Source: the human T2T-CHM13v2.0 reference genome, Homo sapiens
DNA length: 64,000 bases
NCBI RefSeq assembly: GCF_009914755.1
Contig: NC_060941.1
Reading direction: 5' to 3' (one strand)
Part shown: positions 24,038 through 42,977 of the stretch, one piece after another
Position numbering within the stretch: the first letter of the stretch is position 1
How the letters are laid out: each line of letters begins with the position of its first letter
Made by a program: the position numbers and the translations under genes
Notes under the pieces: model-generated
What the model was told of the DNA's origin: nothing
What the model saw: the letters and a program-made list of their open reading frames with translations, nothing else
Databases searched by the model: none

Positions 24038-24850
24038 TTAACAGGATACATGTAAAACACACATTTTATATTCCTACAAGTCTTTTTTTTTATAATAGCA
24101 TGTTATTACTTTTCTAAAAAGGACAAAATAACTTATTTTAATGACATTTAAACCCAATTATTAACAGAAAAGGGATAAGAACTGTGGTTCCTTGGCCTCC
24201 TTTCCCCTTGGTTTAGTTCTCCTAAATTAAGAACTTCTACTTATAGCTCCCTGAACACACAAGGCTATTTTAAGCCTCTGCACCCTCATGTTCCTTCAGC
24301 CTTGAATGCAACTTTTTGTAACGCAACTTCGTGGAAAGAATTCCTATTCATCCTACAAAACCCTATTCAGGTGTTCCCATCTGATAAAGCCCCTCAATAA
24401 TGATGACTTTCTCTCACTCCTGAAAAGAATTAATCTCTTTTCTTGGATATTTAGTAAGAACTTAGATTTACCGAGCTCTTACTATGTGCCAGGCACTATG
24501 CTAAGCATTTTATCCACATTATCTTATTGAATCGTCAACAGTACCTACAAGATAAGCACTGTTATAATCTTCTTTTACAGATAAGAAAATAGAGGCTCAG
24601 ATTCTGACTAGGAAGTGGCAGATCCAGGATTCAGTCCCAGATCTGTTTGACTTCAGAGCCAGAGTCTTGAACCACTCACTGCCCTGTCGTCTCCCCTGTC
24701 CTACTTCCATACTGGCATAGCACACACCTCGGTCCCTACAACATCTCCAGTTTCATGAAAACGGACAATATTTCATTATCCTTGGATCCTGCCTGACGCA
24801 ATACCTGGCTCTCAACATGTTTGCTGATCTGAATTAAAGAGTTGCGGTAA

Positions 24851-25036
<186 letters not shown>

Positions 25037-25229
25037 TAGTAGAGGCGGAGTTTCACCGTGTTAGCCAGGATGGTCTCGATCTCCTGACCTCGTGATCCGC
25101 CCACAGCCTCCCAAAGTGCTGGAATTACAGGCATGAGCCACCACACCCGGCTGGGTAAGAGTTGCAGTAATCCTAACATGACAAATGAGAACTGACCATA
25201 ACAGAAATTCATTCTTCCATATGTTATTC

Positions 25230-25687
<458 letters not shown>

Positions 25688-26220
25688 TAGGCATGAGCCA
25701 CTGCTCCTGGCCCGATATGCTACTCCTTTTAAAAACTGGAGGCATCTCAAACAATTTACCACCAAAGGACCATGTGGCCATACTGACTAAAGCGCACTAC
25801 ACTTTACGCTTACGTCTTGTAAGCCAAGGTGTCTAACAAAGAGTATATAACCACCATATTAATTCTTTACACCATAATCAATAAGGGCTGGGCCAGCCCA
25901 GCAATGCCATCCTCCTGGATCTCACTGAGGCTGCTCCAGAACACCAGAAGTTCTTCAGGATTCGGGGATGTCCCTCAAGTACTCTTTCAGTGGTTTTTAT
26001 AAATGACTCAAAAGTTATGGTGAAATTTTTAAGTGCGAAAGACATAAAATATGAGTGGTGGTTTGTATCCAATCAAAAATCCTCAAAAAACACTTCTGCA
26101 CTTAAGCACACTATACTTTTTTCACCCAAAGTACCAAATCAAACTAGTCAGGATACCTACCTTTGTACAATGTCAGACTCCAGTTAATAACTCCCCTAGG
26201 GCAGAGGGCATATGCACTGA

Positions 26221-26577
<357 letters not shown>

Positions 26578-27189
26578 TGATCCGCGCGTCTGGGCCTCCC
26601 AAAGTGCTGGGATTACAGGCGTGAGCCACCGCGCCCGGCGCCCCGAAAGTTTTAAAAGCTTCCCCTACAAAAGAACAGAACTGAAATTCCTTGGTCCTGT
26701 ATTCAATGTCTTTTGTAAGTAATCACTTCTCCCCTACTTACCCTCCTAGTCTACCGGGCTACCAGGAATTTTTTTTTTTTTTGGAGACAGGGTCTCACTC
26801 TGTCACCCAGGCTGGAGTGCGGTGGCGGGATCACGGCTCACTGCAGCCTTAACCCCCGGGGCTTGGGTGATCCTCCCACCTTAGTCTCACCAGTAGCTGG
26901 GACTACAGGTCCACGCCACCAGGCCTGGCTAATTTTTTTTATTTTTAGGGGAGAGGGAGTTTTACCACGTTGCCCAAGCTGGTCTCAAACTCCTGGGCTC
27001 AAGCAATCCTCCTGCCTCAGCCTCCCAAAGTGCTGGGATTACAGGCATAAACCACCGCAAATTCTTTACACCTATCAAATTCCACCCATTATTTGGGACC
27101 CAGTTGAAATCCCTCTTTGGCAAAAAGACTTTCTAGACAACTCCAGGCCTCATAACCTCTCCTTTCTCTGAAGATCTGTAGCATTCAGC

Positions 27190-27250
27190 CTAGCACTGTC
27201 CAATAGAACGTTCTATGATAACAGAAAAGTTCTACATCTGTACTGTATGT
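27190..27250 (+). mobile_element. MER3-like DNA transposon fragment
   Basis: tagcactgtccaatagaacgttctatgataacagaaaagttctacatctg resembles the MER3 terminus. Confidence 0.55.
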
Positions 27251-28280
27251 TCTTTTATGTAGAACAGCTACCTTGTTAGCACAAGTGTAAAGTCTCACCA
27301 TCTCTTTGATGACAACATGTTACATTGGATGGTTAAAACATTTATCAGCTCCCCCAGTAGACTGCAATTTCTGTGAACAAGATACAACTTATTCTTCATA
27401 GCAACTCTGACAAAGTTGCAAAAGGTATATATATGTTGGCCAGGCAAGGTGGTTCACGCCTGTAATCCCAGCACTTTGGGAGGCTGAGGTGGGCAGATCT
27501 CTTGAGGTCAGGAGTTTGAGACCAGCCTGGTCAATATAGTGAAACCTTATCTCTACTAAAAATACAAAAATTAGCCGGGCGTAGTGGCGGGCACCTGTAA
27601 TCCCAGCTACTCAGGAGGCTGAGGTGCGAGAATCACTTGAACCCGGGAGGAGGAGGTTGCAGTGAGCCACGATCATGCCACTGCACTCCAGCCTGGGTGA
27701 TAGAGTGCAACTCCAACTCAAAAAAAAAAAAAAAAAGTATATATTTGTTGATTTGCACATCACCTAAGAAAACCATAAGCTAAGAAGGTTTGGACTCAGG
27801 CGTCTGGAAAGTTGGTCACCACCTCTACCCCACCTCATATCTGAATGTCAAGAGACACGTAGAGGCAGAGAAGTTAAAGCAACTTTCTAGAGACAGAAAT
27901 GACCACTGATCAAGCCACAATGCACTCTGGTTTAAATGACATTTAGGTCATGACTGTCCTTAATCTAAAACAAACCTAGATTAGTATTTCTTTTCATTAG
28001 TAAATAGCTAAATTCTGATGGTAAATTATGCTGACCAAAAACAGTTCCTCACTTCCCAAGTTAGACATAGCAATTAGAAAAATAATCTAAGCAAGCTCCA
28101 TTTGTATTTCTTTTTTCACCTGTTTATTGAATATTTACCTCCCATGAAGTCTTTCAGCCTATTGGTGGTATTTTACTGTTCAGATATATGTTAGAATTTC
28201 ACTGATACTTACTGGGCGCGGTGGCTCACACCTGTAATCCCAGCACTTTGGGAGATAGAGGTGGGCAAATCACAAGGTCA

Positions 28281-28619
<339 letters not shown>

Positions 28620-30488
28620 CTACGATATTAGGGTAATTGTTATGTGAACTACCCACCTCACAAGTCCTTTGTGGGTTAATTCATAACTGTGCTGTGGGTA
28701 TTTCTTTTTCTTTCCTTTCTTCCTCCTTTCCTTTCTTTCTTTCTTAAAGATGGGTTCTCATTATGGTGCTTAGACTAGACTCTAGACCCAATTCCTGGCC
28801 TCTCACCATGTTGCCCAGACCAGACTCAACTCCTGGACTCAAGGAATCCTCCCACCTCAGCCTTCAATTAGCTGGGATCAGAGGTGTGCACCACCATGCC
28901 TGGCACTGTGGATATTTCTAAGTGATTATTCTTCTCAAATGAACTACATAAAAAACAAAAGATTCATGAATTTACTAATGGTTCTTTGTGATGGATGTGC
29001 TAATATAGAGACTAAAATCAAGGCTCCAACCTCTAAAACATTTTTTTTTAAATTCCAGACTTGTTTCCCCATCCCACTGTGCAAACTGAACAAAAACTGG
29101 GCTAGCACTCCTGTCTGGAACATGTAATAAGGAAATAAATGTGCTGACTCAGAGAACACAGACATATTTAATATAAAATAAGATAGAAAACTGGCTGAAC
29201 CAAGTCATAACACAGTCTAAATCCACATATAAAAGATTGAGATGATTTTCTGCTTTGCTTTATTCAAGCCCAATGCTTTATCAGCACAGCCAGCCAAAAA
29301 TTTACAACCCATACACAGACTATGTAAACCTTTAGTTGCACATACAGTAAGACCAGCAGGTACACACTATACACATTTTTAATTAAAAAAATGACTAACC
29401 ACTGATTTTGTCACCACACTTAACAACGACCTGATATGGCACAGAGTGATGTGTACCAAACATGGAAATACCAACTTGGGCGACGGTTTGAATCTTGTTA
29501 ACTTCAGTGCAACCACACCCCCCAAATGCATGTAAAGTTTGCACACATGGTTTTTTCAAGGCCAGCCTGTCTTTGTTTCCCTCTCCTCTGCATTTACCCA
29601 AGATCTTGGCTCTGAGACAGAAAACTCCCACTCTCAATTGGTTCATTCCGTCCTATGCAATTAAGCAACACCACAATCCAGTAAATGCAATGGCTCAATT
29701 ATTTATCTTCTGGCCGACTTTACCAGGTATTTGGAAAAGGACAATGTCAAGAGGTTTATTTCTCTCTCTAGAGCTGGCTTGACGGGTTGATGGGGATTTT
29801 ATTTTGTCTTTTTTTCTCTTTTTTACAAGGCGGGGACGTGGGGGGAGCATAATTTAACCTAGAAAAAGATGCGAGGGAATTTAGAAAGAGTACCGGTCTG
29901 TCAATTTCCCTACAGGAAACTTGATTCTTATGCAATAAAGCCTACCCACGACCAGCCAGCCCGTAAGGCTGCAGGCGACAGACACACCTATTCCTGCCTC
30001 CAAAAGGGCACAGCTGGCTCCTGAAGGAGCGGGAACAGGGCAAGCGGAGGAAGTGGCTCAGCGGGAGCCGCCGACCGGGCGGGGAGGAGGCGCTTTCCGA
30101 CCCCCCACTCGCGCCGGTGATCCCCGTCGGCGTGACAGTCGCTCCGGTGGCCGGAACGTCCCCAGGGCCCCAGGGAGCAGGAAATCGGGGGACTGTCCCT
30201 CACTCCTGCCGCCGCAACCGAGTGCGCCCTCGCCCCACGGTGCCCCCTCGAGCGCGTTCTGTTTCTCCGAAGAACGAAACTTCCCTCCAGCGCCCCGAGT
30301 CCCTTCCGAGGCCCGCTCCTGTCATCCCGAAGAGTCTTCCCTCAGGGCGACCCTCCGCGTCTCTTCATCTCTCCCGGCCCCACTGCAGCGTCCATCACAA
30401 CATCCCCAAGGTCCCAGAGGCCCCCTGCCGCTGCGGAGCCCCCGGGTCCCCAGGCCTCCCCAACGGCCCCACCCTGCACCCCCTTCAC

Positions 30489-30705
30489 CTGTTTCTCCGG
30501 CAGAGGCCGAGAGGCCGGGGCTGCGCGTGTGCCGGGGACGGGCGGCGAGGCTCCCTCAGGCCGAAGGGCCTCTCCGAGCCGAGGGGGAGAGACAGCGCCA
30601 AGCCGGGGTGCCTGTCCAGGATCCGGTTGGGGCTTGTTCCCTCGGCTGCGACGTCGGAACCCCCGGCTCCCCCTCCCAGTCTGCGCCGCCGCAGCTCCGG
30701 AAACC
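30489..30705 (-). other. STAT3: STAT3 exon 1 (non-coding 5'UTR)
   Basis: Minus strand reads GGTTTCCGGAGCTGCGGCGGCGCAGACTGGGAGG...CTCTGCCGGAGAAACAG, recognised as the 5' end of human STAT3 mRNA. It contains no ATG and ends at a canonical donor. The TSS is probably dispersed over ~30650-30705. Confidence 0.93.
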
Positions 30706-31039
30706 GCTGAATTACAGCCCCTTCAGCCAATCCTCGCCCAGCCCCAGCCTGGCCGAGGCACGCCGTCATGCATAATTCATGAAAGGCCAGCTCGTTCGGC
30801 CACCCAGAGGTCCCAGTGCGTGTGCGGTACAGCCGAAGCCCCGCCCACTGACCAATGAGGAGAGCAGCTAGGAGAAAGGGCGGAGCCAAGAGGAGACTGA
30901 TACGCCCCTGTGCTGGCTGTTCCGACAGTTCGGTGCTCCTCCCTCCGCCACAGCGAGGGAAGAGCCGAGGACTTGGGCACAGAAGCCCGGGGGGAGGGAG
31001 GGAAGATGACCGGAATGTCCTGCTGAAAACTCAGCTGAG

Positions 31040-31061
31040 TTCCTGGCAGTGCGTGACGTCA
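31040..31061 (-). promoter_or_regulatory. IL-6-response composite element: low-affinity STAT-binding element plus CRE
   Basis: TTCCTGGCA (31040-31048) and a perfect CRE TGACGTCA (31054-31061) separated by 5 bp. This matches the known SBE/CRE autoregulatory module of the STAT3 promoter. Confidence 0.85.
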
Positions 31062-31124
31062 AGGCACTTTAAATGCCCCTGATACAGCTCCCTCCTGCCC
31101 GCTCTCCCTTTTCCCGGCCCTTGG

Positions 31125-31136
31125 CACCACGTGGTG
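31125..31136. promoter_or_regulatory. Palindromic E-box CACCACGTGGTG (USF/MYC-MAX type)
   Basis: 12-bp perfect palindrome centred on CACGTG within the promoter. Confidence 0.55.
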
Positions 31137-33025
31137 GCGAGGTTGAGAGCCTCTTACCACGCGGGAATCAGCTAGTTAGATAGTCCCCAGGTATCTCCAG
31201 ATCCTCTGGGGACCCAACTCCTGAATTGGGTTCTGGGGACAACAAAAAGAACATGGGTGACTCCGCCTGCTTTGAACTTCAGTTTCTGCGTGAGCAGGGA
31301 CACACACACCCGGAAACATGACGTGGAAATAGAGTAATTACTAGAGTGCGTGGGGAGAGGGTAGTGGATTTAACCCCGTACTCCGTTCCATCACTTCAAG
31401 CATCAAACGCCGACCAGCTAGCCCATTGGCCCGTACAGGCGAATGCAGAAGACGGTGTATACGAAAGCTGATAACGTGTAGGGCTTGACATTTTTATGCG
31501 TCTGAATTGAAATACATGAAATGTTCTGCCTTTTTCTTTTCCACCTTGCCTACTTGGTATGCAAGTTTTACTGAATTGAAGCCAGTGGTTGATAGGAAAT
31601 GTAGACATTTTGCCTTTCATAATAGAGGATGAACTTTGCATAATGGAGTGATTTCTGTGTATGTGCTGATACTATCAGGGTTTTTAATTTTTATTTTTTT
31701 GGGTCTTTAAAAATATGTTATTAATATTTGTGTTTGTTTAATACGAACAGGTATAAAGACAAAAATCTAAAAAGGACCCATTATCTCACTGCTCAGCTAA
31801 CCCTGACATATTTTTTTTCAATGAACCTAATACATGTTCCTGTTTAGAAAATGCAGACCGTTCAGAAAGGTCAAAAATATTAAATGAAAATCTTTCCCTA
31901 CCCCCATCATTCCTTCTCCCCAAGGATAGCTGTTCTTATTAATTTCTAGTGAGAAAAATCAATGACTCTTAACCTTTGAAGGCAGTCACAGATCCTTCTG
32001 AGTGTTTGAAGGAGACTAGATTCTAGCCCCAGAAACAATACAAGGTTTTACTCACATGGTTCCCCAGATACCTGAAGCCTGTCTAAGTCTACAGATTCAG
32101 ACCGCTCGTACCACCTCATATCCAATGAGGGACAGAGGCATCTACAGGGCAATTCATAGGGTCACTGGTGGTGAGAATTGAGAACCTCCTATTGCCCTCT
32201 GGTAGACACAGCTCAGTATGGAAATTGCTGTATTTACCTGTAGAGTGTGTGTGTATTGATTAGGCTGTTTATCTACACCACAGGACAGATATCCCCCATC
32301 TCCGCCTATAGTCTCTTGTAACTACGCTATCCCGTGCGGCCAACTGCCTCCCTGATAACATAGGGTCTAGGATTTGTTTAGTGATTTACTGCTTACAAAG
32401 CACTTACACACCTTATACACTCCCTGCCTGGTTTCTTTCTCACAATCATGAATAGCAGATAGGAGAGGCCATATTATCCGCTGATAGAAAACTAAAGACA
32501 ACATAATATGACATTTTCAAGATCACAGAGAAACTCAGAAATATACCAGGTTCAGAGTCAGGTTTGGGGGCTTTACGTCCCATAGCTTTGTTCCATTCAT
32601 TCAAACCCTGCCCTGCTTCTGACTTCTCAAGAGCTGGCCTCTGTTTCCCTCATTGGCCTCCCCACCAGTAACACATAAAATCTACCTCTGCGACTATGGG
32701 TTTGACCTGCAAAAATTCTCTTCAGCCCAGACACTGGCCTTTCTCCACAACCCCGCCAAATTCCTCTTGGCTAAATGCTGCAATTTCTGTCCCTTGGGCC
32801 ACTGCCTTAACCACCTGATTATTCTCTCCTTACTCTATCCTATTCTTCCACTGGCTGCCAGGGACATCATCCTAAAAATTAAATAAATAAACATTCAGGC
32901 CAAGGCGGGTGGATCACAAGGTCAGTTCAAGACCAGCCTGGCCAACACAGTGAAACCCCGTCTCTACTAAAAATACAAAAATTAGGCTGGGCACTGTGGC
33001 TCACGCCTGTAATCCCAGCACTTTA

Positions 33026-33746
<721 letters not shown>

Positions 33747-34158
33747 TGAACTCCTGACCTCAAGTGATCCGCCCACCTCAGCCTCCCAAAGTGCTGGGAG
33801 CCACCGTGTCCGGCCAATCCAAGTTAAATTTTAAAAATGCTGACCAGGCACAGTGGCTCATGCCTGTAATCCTAAAGCTTTGGGAGACCGAGGCAGGAAG
33901 ATCATTTGAGGCCAGGAGTTCGAGATCAGCCTGGGCAACATGGCAAAACACCAACTTTACAAAAAATTAGCCGGGCGTGGTGGTGGCATGCCTGTAGTCC
34001 CAGCTATTCTGAGGACTGAGGCAGGAGGATCACTTGAACTTAGAAAGAAGTTCGAAGTTACAGTGAGCTATGACTGTTCTACTGTACTGTAGTCTGAGCA
34101 ACAGAACAAGACCAACCTTGTCTCAAAAACAAACAATAAACAAAAAGCTGACCATTTA

Positions 34159-34512
<354 letters not shown>

Positions 34513-34515
34513 TCA

Positions 34516-34737
<222 letters not shown>

Positions 34738-35603
34738 TCAGTAGGGTGAGGCAGAAGAATCGCTTGAACCCAGGAGACAAAGGTTGCAGTGAGCTAAGAT
34801 TGCACCATTGCAATCCAGCCTGGGTAATACAGTGAGACTCTGTCTCAAAAAAAAGATAAATTCCACAAAGGCTGACCTGAATCCCCCCTTTTCTAACCTA
34901 GTCCCACAAACCCTACTAAATGTGTTACCTTCCTCCAAACATGTCTACACCTTCTGCAACTTCATGCCTCTGTGGATAGTCTTCCTTCTACCTGGAATCT
35001 CTTTCCTCAGTCCCTACCTGAGAACTCTTACTCATTCTTCAAAGCCCTGTTGCAACATCACCTCCTCTAGGCTTCCTTCTATTCTTACTGGCAAAGTTAA
35101 TCTCCTACCAGACTCCTTCGGCAGGTTGTTTCCCCATCTAGAATACATTCTCTACCTTGAATTCTAATAAATCCACATATTGGCCTACTTCCTGAAAAAA
35201 AACAATAATTAACATTGATTAAGTAATTACTACTATATTCCAGGAACTGTGCTAAGCATTTTACATAGATTATCTCATTTGATCCTCACCAGAACCCAGT
35301 GAGGGTAATATTATAATTCTTATTTTACAATTGAGGAAACGAAGACTGAGAAAGTGAAAGACTGGCTCAAGACTGGTCTCACAGCTAGAAACTAGGTGGA
35401 AACTCAGAATGAAAATCAGGTCTGGCTGACTCTCTGGCCACGTGCTAACAAACATCTTCCCCTAAACTGTGGGTTCCTGGAAACTTGAACCCCTTAAGCC
35501 CTGTCTTCATAATCTCAGCATCTATCATCTAGCCTAGAGCTCACCTAAGACTGAATTAATTAAATATTAATAAATAAGTCTTGAGGCCTGACGTGGTGGC
35601 TCA

Positions 35604-35948
<345 letters not shown>

Positions 35949-36414
35949 TCATGTAACACATCTGTGAACTCATTTAATCCTTACAATAACCCCATGAGGC
36001 AAATACTGTGACTTTATAGATGCAGAAAATGAGACTTACCTAAGGCTAAGTCACTTCCCCAAGAACATACAGCTGGTAAATGGCAGAGCCAGGATTCAAA
36101 TTCAAGCACAGTTTGTCTAAATTGAGAGCTTTATATCTGTTTTTCCTTAATTATAACTATATTTGTGTCCAAAATTCTCGTTAACCCTGTGAGAACTGCT
36201 TCACCTCTTCCCCGAAGGAATTAGCAGTAAAACCCAAAGTCAAGAGGAAAGCATAGCAAGAAAGAGAACCTTGGGGATGGTAAGTGGGTGGCAAGTCACT
36301 GTGGTGACCAAAGGGAGTAAGGGGCAACCTGTGAGGGTGATGAGATCTTCATGGGGTTCAGCAACAGAAAGGCTCACCCAGGGCTGCCCAAAACTCCCAC
36401 TAATATCACAGTGA

Positions 36415-36756
<342 letters not shown>

Positions 36757-37520
36757 TAGCCAGGATGGTCTCAATCTCCTGACTTTGTGATTCACCCACC
36801 TTGGCCTCCCAAAGTGCTGGCATTACAGGCGTGAGCCACCACTCCCGGCCTTTTTTGTTTTTTGAAACCAAGTGTCGCCCTGTCGCCCAGTCTGGAGTGC
36901 AATGGCACGATCTTGGCTCACTGCAACCTCCGCCTCCTGCAAACTCCTGACCTTGTGATCCACCCACCTTGGCCTCCCAAAATTCTGGGATTACAGGCGT
37001 GAGCCACCGCGCCTGGCCCCCAGCTCAATATTTTCAAGGCTATGATGTTTTTTCCTGTATCGCTTAACACATCATTCATACCATGTCCTTCTTTTCTTCC
37101 AGTCAATTCTCATGGGGCTTTGGATACAGTTCTTCTTTATCTCATCTCCTTCAAGGCCCTGCCTACCCCACCTACATCTCTGCTGCCCACTAAATTCCAG
37201 CCAGTCCACTTCCCAGCTCAGGACCTTTGCATATGCTGTTCCTTTTCCTTCCCCGGCTTTGGCGTGGCTGTTTCCTTGTTACTCCAACAGACCTTGTCTA
37301 ACCACTCCTATCTAAAGTTATTCACAGCCTGTTAATCCCTATTTCTATATCCTGTTTCCTGTGGAATTCATCACAGTTCTTTTCTATTTATTTAATTTTT
37401 TTTTTTTTTTTGAGACAGAGTCTCGCTCTGTAACCCAGGCTAGAGTGCAGTGGCAAGATGCTGGCTCACTGCAATCTCCATCTCCCGGGTTCAAGTGATT
37501 CTTCTGCATCAGCCTCCTGA

Positions 37521-38140
<620 letters not shown>

Positions 38141-38729
38141 TGAATAGCTGGGACTACAGGTGCGCACCATCACCCCTGGCTAATTTTTCTATTTTTAGTA
38201 GAGACAGGGTTTGGCACCTCTCTCTGTCACCCAGGCAAGAGTGCAGTGGTGTGGTCATAGCTCACTGCAGCTTTGAACCCCTGGGCTCAAGGCATCCGCC
38301 AGCCTCACCCTCCCTAGTAGCTGGGATTACAGGTGTGTGCCACCATATCCAGCTCTGTTTATAGGGTTTCTCATCTATCTTTCTCTTTATACTGTTAGTT
38401 CCAGGAAGAGGTGTCTTCTCTGTTCCAGGCTCCCTTGACTCCCCAGTCAACATGCTGACATAATAGATGCTCAATAAATAATGAATGCATGGAAGTGCTC
38501 TTGATCCCGCCTCTCCCCTCTTTGAGTGTTCTCAATTCTCTTCTCCTTCCTGACCTTCTCCACTTGTTCTCTTCTTTCTGACTTGAAGATCCTTCCTCTC
38601 TCCTATACTGACCTTGCTATTTCCTCAAGTTACCCCCATCACTTCACATTCATTGCCCCATGTCCTCATCCCCACTTGCTCCATCAAGGTGGTTTCTGCC
38701 CTCTCTTGTTCATAGGACAGAGCTCTTGA

Positions 38730-39017
<288 letters not shown>

Positions 39018-39609
39018 TGATCTGCCCGCCTCGGCCTCCCAAACGTCAATATCTTATTAGTCATTTTACTTAACTTTGCGTTGAATCTAGAGCTGTTATC
39101 CTCCTCTTCCTTCCTACACATTCTCTCCTCCCTTGACCATCACAGCAGTTGATAGAAGCAATTGCATTAAATTGAGAGCTGAGGGGAGCTGAGGCGAGAC
39201 ATCCTGGCTCTGACACAGAAGAAGCTGTGCAACCTTGGGCTAGCTCCTTAACCTCTTTGAACCTCAGCATCCTCATCTGCAAATAGAGAACATAATTCTA
39301 ACTTTAGTGAATTTGCATTAAAGTGTTTTTTGTTGGAAGATACTCTCCAGCTGACCATGCAGCATAGCAGATAAGAGTCAGGTCCTAAGCCAGGTGCAGT
39401 GGCTCACACCTGTAATCCCAGCACTTTAGGAGGCTGAGGCGGGCGAATCACCTGAGGTCGGGAGTTTGAGACCAGCCTGACCAACATGGAGAAACCCTGT
39501 CTCTACTAAAAACACGAAATTAGCTGGGTGTGGTGGCGCATGCCTGTAATCCCAGCACTTTGGGAGGCCAAGACAGGCTGATCAACCTGAAGTCAGGAGT
39601 TCAAGATCA

Positions 39610-39873
<264 letters not shown>

Positions 39874-40244
39874 CTAAGCATTTAATATAGCATCTGGCAT
39901 ATTGCATCTCCTCAATATATGTTAGGCATTATTATCTTATACAAAAAGCAAAGGGGGAGGCGGGACTTGTTGGAGAGAAACTGAGACCTCTCATAAATTC
40001 CAGTAGACTTGAACAACCACACCTCGGGAACAGCAGTTCCAGGAACCTCAGCAGAGGGAGTTTGTGGAAAAGTTCTGCTTTTCTCTGTCATGACTTTACG
40101 CTGCTGCTGAAAATGTTCAGTCTCTGTGTATGTATCTGTTGGCTTGCAATTCTAAATTCTAGCCACAGAAAAATTTCACTGGCTCAGACAGGACCAGATC
40201 TTTTTTTCTTTTCTTTTCTTTTTCTTTTTTTTTTCTTTTTTTGA

Positions 40245-40403
<159 letters not shown>

Positions 40404-40499
40404 TAGTAGAGACGGGGTTTCTCTATGTTGGTCAGGCTGGTCTCGAACTCCTGACTTCAGGTGATCTACCCACCTCGGCCTCCCAAAGTGCTAGGATTA

Positions 40500-41020
<521 letters not shown>

Positions 41021-42279
41021 TCACTACAACCTCCACCTCCTGGGGTTCAAGGGTTTCTCCTGCCTCAGCCTCCCGAGTAGCCGGGATTACAGGCATGTGC
41101 CACCACGCCCGGCTAATTTTGTATTTTTAGTAGAGATGGGGTTTCTCCATGTTGGTCAGGCTGGTCTTGAACTCCCAACCTCAGGTGATCCGCCTGCCTT
41201 GGCCTCCCAAAGTGCTGGGATTACAGGCTTGAACTACCGCACCCAGCCTCACACCATAATTCTATAATTATTAATCAAGCCTTCAGCCCTATGCCTTTCT
41301 GCTTTCACGCTGTTCGTTTTGCCTGAAGAACCTCCCTGCCCCGTATCACTGCTTGCATTTCATTCACATGTATTGTGTACCTGCCTAGCTCACAGGTCCT
41401 CTTTTCCTGGGAGTTTCCCCTCCTCCCTGCAATCAGACACTGAAATGGGTCCCTTCAGCCACATCTGTATTATATGATCCTGTCCTCCTGGCCTTTGATT
41501 ATTTATTTTTTGTTTATTTATTTATTTATTTTGAGACGGAGTCTCATTCTGCCAGGCTGGAGTACAGTGGCGCCATCTCAGCTCACTGCAACCTCTGCCT
41601 CCCGAGTAGCTTGGATTACAGGCGCTCACCACCACGCCCGGCTAATTTTTGTATTTTTAGTAGAGACGGGGGTTTCACCATCTTGGCCAGGCTGATCTTG
41701 AACTCCTGACCTCGTGATCCACCTGACTTGGCCTCCCAAAGTGCTGGGATTACAGGCCTGAGCCACTGTGCCTGGCGGGCGTTATTAAACTCAGGGCAAA
41801 CACTAATGTGAACTAGCTTACTCAGAGTCTCTCTGTCAGGAATTTGGAATGTTGAAATAGAGAGGCACAGAGCCTGGGAGCCCTTAGAGCTGAGTTCCAT
41901 TAATATCAGCACTCAGGGAGCACTCCCTCTGCAGAAGTCCCTGGAAATCCCCTGATTCCTACTCTTTCACTAAGTAACATAAACCACTATAATTGTGTTT
42001 GAGACACTTTTAGGTTCTGGTGACACAAATATCAAGTAAAATGCTGCCTCTGGCCTCCAACAGTTATCTATTGAAATCCTGCCCATGTTTAGAATCACAG
42101 CTGAAAAGCTCCCTTCTTCCTTTAAGTTTTCTCATATTCCCCAAGCAGGATTAACCCTTCTCCAGGGTATTGTCATTGCACTTTGCTTTACTTCTCTTAC
42201 CTTAAGTCATGTCTTTGAGCTTGTATTTACTTATGATGTATTTGTTTGTTTGATGCCTTGAAGATCTTTCTGGATATTA

Positions 42280-42355
42280 TTGTGTTCGTGCAAAGGTAAT
42301 TGTCGTTTTTGTCAAAGTAATGGCAAAACCCACAATTACTTTTGCAACAACCTAA
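42280..42355. mobile_element. MADE1 (Hsmar1-derived mariner MITE)
   Basis: ~76-bp degenerate palindrome ttgtgttcgtgcaaaggtaattg...caattacttttgcaacaacctaa flanked by TA on both sides. Confidence 0.85.
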
Positions 42356-42683
42356 TAATATTTATTTATTTAAACATTTTTGTAGAGATGGGGTCTTGCT
42401 GTGTTGCCCACAGTCATCTCAAACTCGTGTACTCAAACAATCCTCCCTCCTCAGCCTCCCACAGTGCTGGGATTACAGGTGTGAGCCACCGTGCCAGGCC
42501 ACTTTGAGCTATTTTGAACAGCTGCCTCTCCCACTAATTGCAAACCCTTTAAAATTAAGGACTAGATCTGGCTGTCTTTTTAAGTCTCTCAGCTCCTGGC
42601 ACAGAATCACAAACAGATCATTTGGAAAGACCATCTGTTGTTTTGTCTGCCCATCTTTCTCTCTCTTTTTTTCCCCCTCCTTA

Positions 42684-42977
<294 letters not shown>

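Larger units (their letters stand above)
29940..31500. promoter_or_regulatory. STAT3: CpG island / STAT3 promoter
   Basis: High GC and CpG density spanning exon 1. CCAAT boxes at 30727-30731 and 30852-30856, GC boxes near 30838-30846 and 30878-30885, ETS-like CCGGAAA at 30697-30703. No obvious TATA box. Confidence 0.9.

Noticed and set aside
30053-30889. 240-, 197-, 134- and 109-aa ORFs over the STAT3 promoter
   Set aside because: Pro/Arg/Ala-rich, stop-poor frames expected in a CpG island; non-ATG starts; STAT3 exon 1 has no ATG.
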